Shown here in pieces: positions 7,641 through 16,821 of a stretch of DNA of 33,488 nucleotides. Position 1 is the first letter of the stretch; the number at the start of each line of letters is the position of its first letter. The notes under the pieces are model-generated. The model saw only the letters and a list, made by a program, of their open reading frames with translations. It had not been told where the DNA came from and ran no database searches. The stretch is from a virus. Taxonomy: Duplodnaviria; Caudoviricetes. A program made the position numbers and the translations under genes. The stretch lies in IMG/VR virus record IMGVR_UViG_3300037478_000497, positions 1-33,488 of that record; one strand, given 5' to 3'.

Positions 7641-9151
7641 TGGCGCGCTCGATCCTCGAGACGCTGGGGACTCTGCCGAATGGTGAGGTCAAGCGCCTCG
7701 ATTCAGACGGACTCCGTCGCGCCATTGAGCGGTGGCACCCCAAGGGCAAGAAGGAGGAGCCACGCCGGATGGAAATGCGGCGGCGGTTAGACCTCTATCG
7801 AGATCGAGGGCGCACTCATTTCGAGAAGGCGATCGATGCACTCTTCAAGAACAAGAAGGTGCGTGAGTGGCGCAAGGCGTTTCTGGAGTACGCAGAGTTC
7901 CAGAACGTGACGAACCGCGTAATCCGCGAAACATCGACGGTCTATAGCGAGCCGGCAACACGCGAGATAAAGGGCGTCAAGGCGACAGAGCAGTACCTCG
8001 AGTTCCAGCAAGAGGTCAGCTACAACCACAAGCTCCGGCTGGTCAACCGCCTCGGCAATCTCTGCAATGAGATGCTGGTGTGGCCGATCGTCCGGGACGA
8101 CAGCGTACCGGTCCTGCGTACGGTCGCACCGGATCGCTTCACGGTGATCCCACACCCGAACGATCCGCTCCGTCCCGCGATGTTCGTGGTGGATCAGTTC
8201 CCTGATGGGCTGTCGGTCAGCTCCTCTGATCCGCACTACCTCGGCATGAGCGAGAGGGAGTGGATCGTTCTCGATAAGGACTGGCGCGTACTCAAGATCG
8301 AGGAGCATGGGCTCGAGCAGATGCCGGCCCTGCTCTGGCACCGAGAGGAGCCGGACGAGGTCTTGCTCGACGCGCACACCGGCAAGGACCTCATCTCCGC
8401 GCACCTCGCCGTGGCGCTACTCAACACGCTGATGTTGAAGCACCAGAAGGCGGGCACAAAGCTGGCGTACGCGACGGGCGACACCTCCGATGTTGCGCGT
8501 GGCCAGGCGATGGACGAGGAATCGCTCATCGAGCTCGGGGAGGGCGTTTCGCTGAACACGCTCGATCTCGGTGCGGATCCTAAGAGCTACATCGACGCGA
8601 CTCGCGCCGTCATTAAGCAGATCGCCGCTAACCGGGGTATCCCCGAGTCCGTCTTCGATCTCAGCTACCAGGCGACCAGCGGGTTCGAGATCGAACTCAA
8701 GCGCACCGGCCTGCGCGAGATTCGTCGCGACCAGGTCATGGTGTTCCGCCCGTTCGAGAGGCGCCTCGCGTCGCTCTGGTCTGCAGTTCTGATCAGCGCC
8801 GGCAGCGAGTGGGCGTACGCTATGGACGGCTGGTCGATCGACTTCGGCGAGATCGACACGCCGCAGGAGCCGATGGCGAAGCTCGAGTACTGGCGGAAGC
8901 TGGAGGAACTCGGGCTCGCCAATCGAGTCGAGATGTACCTCGAGCAGAACCCGGAGGCGACGGAGAAGGAGGCGCTCGCGGCCGTGACCGGGAACATGGA
9001 GATGCGCCTCCAGTGGCAGCGCATGTTCCAGCCCGAGGGCGCGGGCGTCTTCGCGGCGAGAGAGCCCGGCGGGCAGCCGCTAAACGGACAGCGTCGGACG
9101 CCGGAGCCGGATGAGGACGACGAGGACGAGGCGAAGGAGATGGTCCAGTGA
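7640..9151 (+). CDS. Portal protein
   Basis: 503 aa, coupled to terL (TGATG). Y...G, NVxxxVIxExSxxY, ATSGFEIELK (SG.A-type) and WSIDF motifs, acidic tail; SPP1-portal-like layout. Confidence 0.85.
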   Translation: MARSILETLGTLPNGEVKRLDSDGLRRAIERWHPKGKKEEPRRMEMRRRLDLYRDRGRTHFEKAIDALFKNKKVREWRKAFLEYAEFQNVTNRVIRETSTVYSEPATREIKGVKATEQYLEFQQEVSYNHKLRLVNRLGNLCNEMLVWPIVRDDSVPVLRTVAPDRFTVIPHPNDPLRPAMFVVDQFPDGLSVSSSDPHYLGMSEREWIVLDKDWRVLKIEEHGLEQMPALLWHREEPDEVLLDAHTGKDLISAHLAVALLNTLMLKHQKAGTKLAYATGDTSDVARGQAMDEESLIELGEGVSLNTLDLGADPKSYIDATRAVIKQIAANRGIPESVFDLSYQATSGFEIELKRTGLREIRRDQVMVFRPFERRLASLWSAVLISAGSEWAYAMDGWSIDFGEIDTPQEPMAKLEYWRKLEELGLANRVEMYLEQNPEATEKEALAAVTGNMEMRLQWQRMFQPEGAGVFAAREPGGQPLNGQRRTPEPDEDDEDEAKEMVQ

Positions 9152-9645
9152 CCCACGACTGGACCATGCCGAAGGAGGTCTTCGCTTTCCTCCGCCGGCG
9201 CCTGCCTCCGATGGCAGCCGTGCTCGAGCTAGGCAGCGGAACCGGTACTGCGATCCTCGTGGAGATGTTCGGCCGTGTTCATACGGTCGAACACGATCCT
9301 GAGTTCGTCGGCAAGGTCGCGGGCGCGCACTACATCCACGCTCCGATTCACGAGTGCCCGCCGCTGTCGCATGGCTGGTATGACGCGGACGTTCTCCGCG
9401 CTGAACTGCCGTATCGATACGACTGCCTGATCGTGGACGGTCCCCCGGGCGCACTCGGTCGCGCCGGTATCCTCAGGCACCTGAGCCTGTTCGCTCCGGT
9501 TCCGGTCGTGGTCGATGACGTGCACCGCCGTCCCGACTTCGAGGTTGCGGCCGGCATCGCGCAGGCACGCGACGAGCACCTGAGCGTTCACCACCTCACG
9601 AGCGGGCGAGCGTTCGCGACTATTGGATGGGGGGAGTACCTGTGA
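9148..9645 (+). CDS. Class I SAM-dependent methyltransferase
   Basis: Motif I VLELGSGTGT, HTVEHD, YDCLIVDGPPG, VVVDDVHR. Pattern of small-molecule/glycan O-methyltransferases; no DPPY/NPPY or PC DNA-MTase motif. Confidence 0.85.
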   Translation: MTHDWTMPKEVFAFLRRRLPPMAAVLELGSGTGTAILVEMFGRVHTVEHDPEFVGKVAGAHYIHAPIHECPPLSHGWYDADVLRAELPYRYDCLIVDGPPGALGRAGILRHLSLFAPVPVVVDDVHRRPDFEVAAGIAQARDEHLSVHHLTSGRAFATIGWGEYL

Positions 9646-10313
9646 CGACGCCGCTCAAAATCGGCGCGTACGTCCCGGCGTACAACCAGCAGGTCAACGT
9701 CAACATCCTGGCGCAGGCACTCTCGGACTCCGCGAACGTTGCCGGCGAAGGACACAGTTACCGCTTCTGGTCGCAGCATTCCTGCGACCTCATTTACATG
9801 CGGAACTTCGCGCTCCACCGGGCGCTGACTGAGCTGCAGCTGGACTACCTGTTTATGCAGGATTCGGACGTCTACTCGCCAATGCCGGGCGGGCCGCTTA
9901 TGCAGCTCGTTCGCACTGCACAGGAGACGGGCGCCACGTTGACCGGTGCGATGGTCACGATGCGCACGCGGCCGCCGAAGGCGAACGTTTGGCCGGTGCA
10001 TCCAGGTGAGGTGTTCCAGGCCGACAAGATTGGCACCGGCATGGTGCTTCTGGATCTGAACAAGATCCGTGAGTGGTACGACGACTATCAGGGACCCTGC
10101 TTCCAGCGGGTCTACACGACTGACAAGTGCTTCGAGCCGAAGACCGGCTCGGACATCTTCTTTAGCTACGTCGTCCGGCAGCACGGCGGACTCATTGTGT
10201 GCGACGGCACGGTGCCGACCGTCCACATCGATGGGACCGCTGCGCACGAGTACGACGGGCGATCAATTCCGAACGCGGCGGTTACCGCGGACGAGGCCAC
10301 CAGGGCGGCCTAG
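9642..10313 (+). CDS. GT-A fold (GT2-like) glycosyltransferase
   Basis: YVPAYN, RN..L, LFMQDSD (DxD), IGTGMVLL, GSDIFFS, ..CD.TV...H. GTG 9642 with GGGGAG RBS and GTGA overlap. Confidence 0.85.
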   Translation: MTTPLKIGAYVPAYNQQVNVNILAQALSDSANVAGEGHSYRFWSQHSCDLIYMRNFALHRALTELQLDYLFMQDSDVYSPMPGGPLMQLVRTAQETGATLTGAMVTMRTRPPKANVWPVHPGEVFQADKIGTGMVLLDLNKIREWYDDYQGPCFQRVYTTDKCFEPKTGSDIFFSYVVRQHGGLIVCDGTVPTVHIDGTAAHEYDGRSIPNAAVTADEATRAA

Positions 10314-10330
10314 GCCCTGCGGGAGAACAC

Positions 10331-11029
10331 ATGGCAGACGACGACAACAGCCAGACGCCGCCAGAAGCAGCAGCGCCACCACCGGCCACTCCGTCGGAGG
10401 GTAGTGATCCGCCGAGTCAATCGGATCCGCCCAAGGAGGACATGATCCCAAAGAGCAAGGTCGAGGAGATGATCCGCGACCGACTCGAGCGGGATCGGCG
10501 CAGCCGTCAGAAGGTCGAGCCGAAGGCGCCACCGCCGAAGAAGGACGAGCCCAAGACCGACAAGGTAGACGACATCTCCGAGCTACGCGCGGACCTCGAG
10601 TTTCGCAGCCAGCTCGAAGACCTCACCGATGACATGGAGTGGAAGCCGTCGCGCTCTGACAGGGACCTGTTGAGGTCCATGTTCCGGGCAGGCGGCGCGG
10701 AGCAGATGGCTCAGCTCGCCGAGCGTCTCAAGGGCGCAGGCGGGACGAAGTCAGGCGGTACGCCGCCCGCGGCACCGGCAGCGGTAACGCCGGACGCGCC
10801 GGCTGCTCCTCCTCCATCTCCGCCGACGGTAACTCCGGGTGGCTCACAGTACAAGCCACCTCCGGGCGCACCGAACGCACCGACGGACATCGTGGAGCAG
10901 AACCCCGCCAAGTGGTCACCCGATTACATCGATCGGCTGAAGCAGGACGGGACGTTCCGGCAAGAGGTCGAGAAATTCTACCAGACCGGCGAGGGCGGAC
11001 TCTTTCGGAGGCGCATCCCGAAAGGCTAA
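10331..11029 (+). CDS. Capsid scaffolding protein
   Basis: ATG 10331 after GGGAG. Pro/acidic N-terminus, IPKSKVEEMIRDRLERDRR helix, Pro/Ala linker; immediately before the MCP. Confidence 0.75.
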   Translation: MADDDNSQTPPEAAAPPPATPSEGSDPPSQSDPPKEDMIPKSKVEEMIRDRLERDRRSRQKVEPKAPPPKKDEPKTDKVDDISELRADLEFRSQLEDLTDDMEWKPSRSDRDLLRSMFRAGGAEQMAQLAERLKGAGGTKSGGTPPAAPAAVTPDAPAAPPPSPPTVTPGGSQYKPPPGAPNAPTDIVEQNPAKWSPDYIDRLKQDGTFRQEVEKFYQTGEGGLFRRRIPKG

Positions 11030-11035
11030 ATCCTC

Positions 11036-11911
11036 ATGGCCGCAGCACCGACAACCAAGACGACCCTTACTGAGCTCGTCAACAGCGAGTTCATCAACCC
11101 AATGATCATGCAGTACGCCGTGGACTACACGGTGGCTGCGCCGTTCGTGAACTGGCTCGACCTCCGCGGCAAGGCAACGGCGGTCGGCTCGTTCCCGCGC
11201 TGGATCCTGGATACCGCTGGCGACACTGGCGAGACCACGGATCTCACCACGACCGCGCTCGAGACCACCGACGTCCAGATCACTGGCGCGGAGATTGGTC
11301 TTCGGCGCGACGTGACCGACGCGGCTCTGCAGGAGACCATCATCGGCGCTCAGCTGTTCGACTTCCTGGTACGTGACTCCGGCGTTCTCGCCGCGGTCTC
11401 GCTGGATGACGACATCTGCGCACTGTTCACCTCTTTTTCGACTGCGGTCGGGGAGGGGACCACGGATCTCGACCTGTCCGTCATGGTGTCGGCGCAGGCG
11501 ACGATCCGAAAGAACAAGATGCGCGGCTCTGCCGTGTACGTCTTGGACGATCAGCAGGCTGAGGACTACCAGGTAGCGGCGGCCGCAACTGCGGGCACCG
11601 TGATCGGTGGTCTGATGTCTATCCAGACCGGTCTCGACACCGGCTATCTCGGGACCTTCTTCAGCCAGCCTGTCTGGCAGACCGGTCTCTGCGATACCAG
11701 CAACACCGGCGCGACGGTCAACGGCGCGTGCTTCATTCGCGGAGATACCAATCCGACCGCAGCGGCGATCGGTGGAGTCATCGTGCGCGACGTGACCACC
11801 GAACTCGAGCGCAACGCCTCGGCTCGGCTGACAGAGTTCGTGATGTCGGGCAAGTGGGGAGTTGGCGAAACCGCTGACGAGAGCGGCGTTCGCATCAGGA
11901 CGGACGCATGA
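11036..11911 (+). CDS. Major capsid protein (HK97 fold)
   Basis: 291 aa after the scaffold. Typical layout: LRG......FP, VTDAAL, LDDDI.ALF, GYLGTFF.QPV, TELER.ASAR..EFV....WGVGE. Confidence 0.85.
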   Translation: MAAAPTTKTTLTELVNSEFINPMIMQYAVDYTVAAPFVNWLDLRGKATAVGSFPRWILDTAGDTGETTDLTTTALETTDVQITGAEIGLRRDVTDAALQETIIGAQLFDFLVRDSGVLAAVSLDDDICALFTSFSTAVGEGTTDLDLSVMVSAQATIRKNKMRGSAVYVLDDQQAEDYQVAAAATAGTVIGGLMSIQTGLDTGYLGTFFSQPVWQTGLCDTSNTGATVNGACFIRGDTNPTAAAIGGVIVRDVTTELERNASARLTEFVMSGKWGVGETADESGVRIRTDA

Positions 11912-12060
11912 GGAAGGGAACCGGACATATGCCCGCGAAGGAGCGGGCTCGCCTTCGAGCTGAGCGTGCAGCGAATCGCAAGCTCAGTGAAGCGAAGCTG
12001 GTTCCGCGGGCAAAGCCAGCTGTCCCCGCACCGGCTCCGAAGAAGGAACCGCAGAAGTAG
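11908..12060 (+). CDS. Small basic protein (50 aa), not in the ORF track
   Basis: ATGA overlap with the MCP stop; MRKGTGHMPAKERARLRAERAANRKLSEAKLVPRAKPAVPAPAPKKEPQK, TAG ending at 12060. Alternative ATG at 11929. Confidence 0.6.
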   Translation: MRKGTGHMPAKERARLRAERAANRKLSEAKLVPRAKPAVPAPAPKKEPQK

Positions 12061-12063
12061 CAA

Positions 12064-12103
12064 CGCCAGGGGCGGGGTGGTCACGCGCTACCCCGCCCCG
12101 GCG
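12064..12103 (+). terminator. Strong GC hairpin after the capsid genes (no U-tract); partial terminator or mRNA-stabilising element
   Basis: GGGGCGGGGTGG (12069-12080) pairs with CTACCCCGCCCC (12088-12099) with one G-U; extended by CGCC/GGCG with a bulged A. Confidence 0.55.
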
Positions 12104-12120
12104 CATCACCGAGGAAGACC

Positions 12121-12678
12121 ATGGGACGCAACCTCTCAGCGAAAACTCCGGCCAAGAACATCGCGGCTAACCCGCCGACCACGAAGCACACAGCTTCCGA
12201 TGGGCTCGTCGTAATCGAGAAGCTCAACCCGATGCAAGCCAAACGAAAAATGGTCGCACCGGATGGGGCTATCTGCGAAGTCAGTCTGGCGACCGGGTAC
12301 ACGATCAAGATGAAGGGTCCTGGGTATGGCACCGCTGCCTTTCGCGGCAATCCCTACGGACCGCAGATCCTGACCGAGAAGATCGCGAAAGGCTGGCTCC
12401 CATTTGACCAGTGTCCATTCGCACCGGGCGCGGATGCGGCGGGACATATCCAGCGCGGAGAGGATGACAAGCCGTGCGAGGGCACGTTCTCCGCTAAGGA
12501 GTGCTGCCCGCATATCAAGCGGATCGCCAAGGCGCGGAGCGCTCGTCACAGCCAGGGGCAACAGGCGAAGCGCAAGAACATGCAGGGGTCGGTCGAGAAG
12601 CTGCTCCAGCTCGCACAGGACCAGGCGACCGAGAGCCTCACGGCACCGCAGCGCGGGAAGGGGATGCCGCGTGGCTGA
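12121..12678 (+). CDS. Hypothetical protein (head module)
   Basis: GAGGA RBS, 185 aa, Cys cluster CP...C......CCPH. Confidence 0.7.
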   Translation: MGRNLSAKTPAKNIAANPPTTKHTASDGLVVIEKLNPMQAKRKMVAPDGAICEVSLATGYTIKMKGPGYGTAAFRGNPYGPQILTEKIAKGWLPFDQCPFAPGADAAGHIQRGEDDKPCEGTFSAKECCPHIKRIAKARSARHSQGQQAKRKNMQGSVEKLLQLAQDQATESLTAPQRGKGMPRG

Positions 12679-13264
12679 TTCGCTCCCCACCGAGGCACCG
12701 TCTAACGGTGTCGAGGCGCTGGTCCGTGACGGTGTCGAGGAGCAGCGGGCGAAGGGGCTGATCCCGACGCCAAACAGGGTCAAGGATTACCTCCTCCCGA
12801 TCGTGGAGCGGGGCGATCGCAAGACCGAGGAGGTACGTCTCCGCGCCAGGCCGAATCCGCCGGGGCAGCCGGTCGAGCGCGTCGAGCGCAGCACGCCAGA
12901 GATGGAGCGCGAGTTCAAGCGCCGCCTTGCCCGCAAAGGGCATGAACCGCTCCCCGGCGCCGAGAACGGCTGGATCACGACCCGGAAGCCGATCGAGTCC
13001 ACCGCGCCAAGCCGCTTAGCTGTACAGAGTAAGCGGGACGCTGTCGCGCGATCGCGCTTTCGTCGCAGGTATCGACTGCTTGTATCCCTTCCCGATTGGC
13101 GCGCGAAACTGATGACGGTCAACCCGCTGGCCATCAACGGAACGCTGGGGCCAGAGAAACAGAAGCACGCGGAACAGGTCATTCGACAGATCGTCAGTGA
13201 CTCGGACCGTGTGTTCGGCAGTTGGCTCGCCGAACCGAAGAGGAAGCTGCACTTCCACCGCTAA
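12671..13264 (+). CDS. Hypothetical basic protein (head module)
   Basis: Start re-called to GTG 12671, overlapping the upstream stop; stop overlaps the next ATG (TAATG). Confidence 0.6.
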   Translation: MADSLPTEAPSNGVEALVRDGVEEQRAKGLIPTPNRVKDYLLPIVERGDRKTEEVRLRARPNPPGQPVERVERSTPEMEREFKRRLARKGHEPLPGAENGWITTRKPIESTAPSRLAVQSKRDAVARSRFRRRYRLLVSLPDWRAKLMTVNPLAINGTLGPEKQKHAEQVIRQIVSDSDRVFGSWLAEPKRKLHFHR

Positions 13265-13290
13265 TGGAGCGACATCTAATGGAGCGACAT
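13261..13290 (+). repeat. Perfect 15-bp tandem duplication CTAATGGAGCGACAT
   Basis: 13261-13275 equals 13276-13290; yields MERHL-MERHQ. Confidence 0.95.
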
Positions 13291-14220
13291 CAGGACATAG
13301 CGGCCAACGTTCTCGGGCAGTCCCTCGTCTGGGACGCGCCCGAGGGCCGCCCTTCGTCCGTAACGAGCGTGTCCGTCTACCGGGTTTACGCAGGCGACAC
13401 CGGCACTACGGAGTCGGCAACCACCGGCACGGCTGCGATTGACGACGTCAACACGACCGTAGACGCGGCGTCCGGTGACGGGCAGGCGGATCCTCGAGTC
13501 GTCAACCTCGCCGCTACGACCGATATCGTGGCCGGCCGCGAGTACCTACTCACCGGCGCGAATGGGGCGAAGGAATGGGTCGATGTCGTGGAGATCGACA
13601 GCGGCGTCTCTATCACCGCGCGGCACCCACTCGCCAACGGCTACGCGTCGGCGGACACCTTCGAGGGCACTCGGATCACCATTGCCCTTGCCGACGCCTG
13701 GATTCAGGACCAGAGCAAGATCAGCCAGCCGCTCATCCCCACTGACGGTTACCGGGTCCGCTGGGTCTACGTAGTCGATTCCGTTACGTACGTGCACGAC
13801 GGCTATTTCCGAGTGGTTCGCTACCCGGGTAAGCACTCGGTCACGCCGATTGAAATCGACGAGACCTACCCCGGCTTTCGCGATTGGCTGCCGGAGCAGC
13901 ACCGTGCGGACTCAGGGCGGCGGCTTATCGATGAGGCGTGGGAGGGAGTGCGCTGGGACCTCTTCGATTCCGGGTTCGAAGAGACCAGCGTCCGCGACGT
14001 GGACGCTATCAACCGCGCCGTGGTCTTACGCTTCGGGGTCCTGATCGCGAAGGCGAACCTATTTGGACGCGGCGGCCGTCCCGAGGCGCTCGAAGTCGCA
14101 GAGCGCGACTACAACACGTTCATCAACAAGGTCGTGCGCGTGACGCAGAAGCTTCGCATCTCTGCTTCTGCCAGCGGCGATGGCGCAGTGGTCCCTTCTC
14201 TCGGGATTTGGGAGAAATGA
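13264..14220 (+). CDS. Putative head-tail adaptor with N-terminal beta domains
   Basis: Position between head and tail genes. The C-terminal ~120 aa are helical (LIDEAWEGVRWDL...INRAVV...AERDYNTFIN), as in gp6/gp15-type adaptors. Start 13264 or 13279. Confidence 0.55.
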   Translation: MERHLMERHQDIAANVLGQSLVWDAPEGRPSSVTSVSVYRVYAGDTGTTESATTGTAAIDDVNTTVDAASGDGQADPRVVNLAATTDIVAGREYLLTGANGAKEWVDVVEIDSGVSITARHPLANGYASADTFEGTRITIALADAWIQDQSKISQPLIPTDGYRVRWVYVVDSVTYVHDGYFRVVRYPGKHSVTPIEIDETYPGFRDWLPEQHRADSGRRLIDEAWEGVRWDLFDSGFEETSVRDVDAINRAVVLRFGVLIAKANLFGRGGRPEALEVAERDYNTFINKVVRVTQKLRISASASGDGAVVPSLGIWEK

Positions 14221-15557
14221 CAACGACCTTCGCGGCTATTCGCGACTCCCACGTCTCGCAGATCGAGGCCTTGGTGCCGCTCGTTCTCGAGGGTACGAAG
14301 TTCCGCTTGCATCAAGGCGAGTCGCAATTCGCCGACTGGTGCCAGGAGTTCCCGACTGCGTGTTTCCGCCGCTTCGAGCTGGTCGATGAATTCGACGATG
14401 AGCTCGTCGGCACCACCAACAGCGACACTGAGGAGGTGGCGCACACGGCACAGCTCCTCATCGCGTATCCGCAGCACTGGGCCAAGTACGGTGACAAGGG
14501 CAGCATGAGCCTCGATGACGTGATCGCTTCAGACCGAGGCCAGCTGAACTACGCGATCGGCATCCACGGCGGAGCGCACTATCCCTCGGGGCTGCACATC
14601 TCCGATCTAGGATCCGGCTCGGTGTCCCGCCTGGAAGGCGCCTGGATCCATCAGATCCCGATCCGGCTCCAGTACTACCGCGGCGCGCCAACGATTCTGC
14701 CGGTGGCGTCGTTCACCTTTGTAGCGAGCGGCCGAATCGTCGATTTCACCGACACGAGCACTGACTCTGATGGAACCGTCACCGAATGGGATTGGGTCTT
14801 CGGAGATGGCTACAAGAGCACGCTCCAGAATCCCAGCCACACCTACGGCGCGGATGGCACGTACACGGTCACGCTGCGGGTCACCGACAATCAAGGGCGT
14901 GTGAGCGCGGCGACGTTAGCCGAGGTGACGGTAGCGGCAGGTGCGGGGGTGCCGGTATTCACGCTGCTCGCTGAGGACTCATCCTCTACCAATGGCACGT
15001 CTGTGCAGACAGCTTCCATTAGTCCATCTTCGGCCACTGATGTTTACGCAATCGTGGCAGTTCGTGCATCAGTAACCACGACGCAGCCCACGCTTACGGG
15101 ATGCGGCTTGACTTGGGCGGCGGTGGATTCTGTGTCGTTCCTGGGTAGTGGAGTTGCACGCCTGACTGTTTTTCGAGCGCGCGGCACAGCAACGCCGGGG
15201 CAGCTTACTTTCACTTTCGGGCAAACGATTGACTCGTTCATTTGGTCCGTATTCGAGGTCTCTGTTGTTAATGGTGATGTGCAGACCAAAAATGTGCAGA
15301 ACGCTGGCTCTTTCACGAGTGAGACTGTCGCGCTCGACAGCGCGCCGGATGCGGGGAACCCCGTTATTGTCGCCACGATGATTTCGACGTTCGGCGCCAT
15401 TGGTCACGACGCCGATTTCTCTGAGATCTCGGACCGGTCTGAGGCTGGCAATGACCAAACGCTCGAGGTTCAGTGGGCTTTCGGTGAACAGTCATGCACC
15501 GCGACCTTCTCAGCTAGTGTAGTTCGCATGATCGCCGTGGAGGCGGCCGTGCCGTGA
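14217..15557 (+). CDS. Putative tail terminator fused to a PKD domain and a C-terminal beta domain
   Basis: ATG 14217 (ATGA overlap). ~160-aa N-domain just before the tube gene. Clear PKD signature PVASFT...FTDTSTDSDGTV..WDWVFGDG..STLQNPSHTY...GTYTVTLRVTD (~14700-14940). Confidence 0.65.
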   Translation: MTTTFAAIRDSHVSQIEALVPLVLEGTKFRLHQGESQFADWCQEFPTACFRRFELVDEFDDELVGTTNSDTEEVAHTAQLLIAYPQHWAKYGDKGSMSLDDVIASDRGQLNYAIGIHGGAHYPSGLHISDLGSGSVSRLEGAWIHQIPIRLQYYRGAPTILPVASFTFVASGRIVDFTDTSTDSDGTVTEWDWVFGDGYKSTLQNPSHTYGADGTYTVTLRVTDNQGRVSAATLAEVTVAAGAGVPVFTLLAEDSSSTNGTSVQTASISPSSATDVYAIVAVRASVTTTQPTLTGCGLTWAAVDSVSFLGSGVARLTVFRARGTATPGQLTFTFGQTIDSFIWSVFEVSVVNGDVQTKNVQNAGSFTSETVALDSAPDAGNPVIVATMISTFGAIGHDADFSEISDRSEAGNDQTLEVQWAFGEQSCTATFSASVVRMIAVEAAVP

Positions 15558-15575
15558 CAACCAGGAGAAAGACCA

Positions 15576-16814
15576 ATGGCCTCTAAGTCTTCAGCGCTTC
15601 AGGCCTTCAACTGGGCCGACGAGTCGTCCTTCGGCGAGGCCGTAAGCACCTTCGATCAGCGCTCGCTCACCACTGCAATGGTGGATACGAGCGGCATCGT
15701 GCACCCGTCACAGAGCCCCGAGTTCATCAGGCAGCGACCGAACGAGGGGTTCCAGGACATCAGGATGCCGTATACGCCGTCGTTCTCGACGGAGATGTAC
15801 TTGACGGGCATGGGCTCGACCTGTTCTGGCGCGGTGCCGAGTTCGCAGCTGGTCACGCTCCTGGGCCACGTCCTGGGCGCAAGCGCGGATGGTCTAGCTA
15901 CCGGCGATACTGCCACGGGCGGGACCGCCACCGTACCGACGACGACTGGAGCATCGGGCGCCGCTGCGGGTGCTCTCGTGCGAGTAGGCGACAAGGGCGA
16001 CAGCCGAGCCGATGGCCAGTGGGCAGCCGTGGCCACGCACGCAGGCAATGACCTGACGCTCCTCACCGCGCTACCCGATGCGCCGTCGAATGGTGACGTG
16101 GTCTATGCGAGTAGGCTGGTCTACCCGTCATCGACGCCGGGAACGTTCGAGGCGATTCAGACGATTCGCGCGCAGATCCAGAGCACGCTCCAGCAGTACA
16201 ACGTGCACGGCGTTTACCCGACCGGGATCGAATTCCCCGGGCTGAACCCAGGCGAGCTGCCGAAGGTCTCGGTGGCATGGGGCGGGGCGAGGATCGCGAC
16301 TGACAACGACACCTTCCCGACGACGACCGCAGCTGATGATCACAGCGCGACCCCGGCGGCGGGCGGCAGCTTCTTCTGGAACGCGGTCGGCACCGCGACC
16401 CGGAACACGCTCCTCATTCGCTCGTTCTCGCTCACCCATGAGATGACCACTGGTGTGGAGATGGCGCCGGAGGGGCTCGACGATTTTCAGGCGGTGCTCG
16501 GTTGTAACCGCCAGCCCGGTCGGTGGATGGCCGAGTTCGTGGTCGATTCCGAGGCGGCTGGCACCGACACGTTCGGCGACATCTTCGACACCGACGAGAA
16601 CAGCCGCGGCTTCTACCACTTTCTCTACTCCCTCTCGGTCGCGGACGGCCGCTCGCTCGCCATCTACGCACCTCGCGTGAAGATCATCGATCAGAAACCG
16701 GTCCAGTCAGACGTGGACGGCGTGCTTCGTAAGATGGTCCGCGTCGAATGCTGCACCGGGGCGACAACCACCAACGACCTCACCATGAGTCCGGTGCGGC
16801 TCGGATTCGCATAG
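15576..16814 (+). CDS. Major tail tube protein
   Basis: AGGAG RBS, 412 aa, N-terminal ES.FGE motif, beta-rich; precedes the chaperone pair and tape measure. Confidence 0.75.
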   Translation: MASKSSALQAFNWADESSFGEAVSTFDQRSLTTAMVDTSGIVHPSQSPEFIRQRPNEGFQDIRMPYTPSFSTEMYLTGMGSTCSGAVPSSQLVTLLGHVLGASADGLATGDTATGGTATVPTTTGASGAAAGALVRVGDKGDSRADGQWAAVATHAGNDLTLLTALPDAPSNGDVVYASRLVYPSSTPGTFEAIQTIRAQIQSTLQQYNVHGVYPTGIEFPGLNPGELPKVSVAWGGARIATDNDTFPTTTAADDHSATPAAGGSFFWNAVGTATRNTLLIRSFSLTHEMTTGVEMAPEGLDDFQAVLGCNRQPGRWMAEFVVDSEAAGTDTFGDIFDTDENSRGFYHFLYSLSVADGRSLAIYAPRVKIIDQKPVQSDVDGVLRKMVRVECCTGATTTNDLTMSPVRLGFA

Positions 16815-16821
16815 GAGCCCC

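Noticed and set aside
9148-9645. Methyltransferase as a DNA MTase of a restriction-evasion system
   Set aside because: Lacks DPPY/NPPY or PC motifs, is too short for a target-recognition domain, and has the DGP...DD pattern of non-DNA methyltransferases.
15724-15736. 13-nt match (TCATCAGGCAGCG) between the tail tube gene and the ribozyme region
   Set aside because: No hammerhead fold here; a single 13-mer in GC-rich DNA is plausibly chance, so a trans-targeting role is unsupported.
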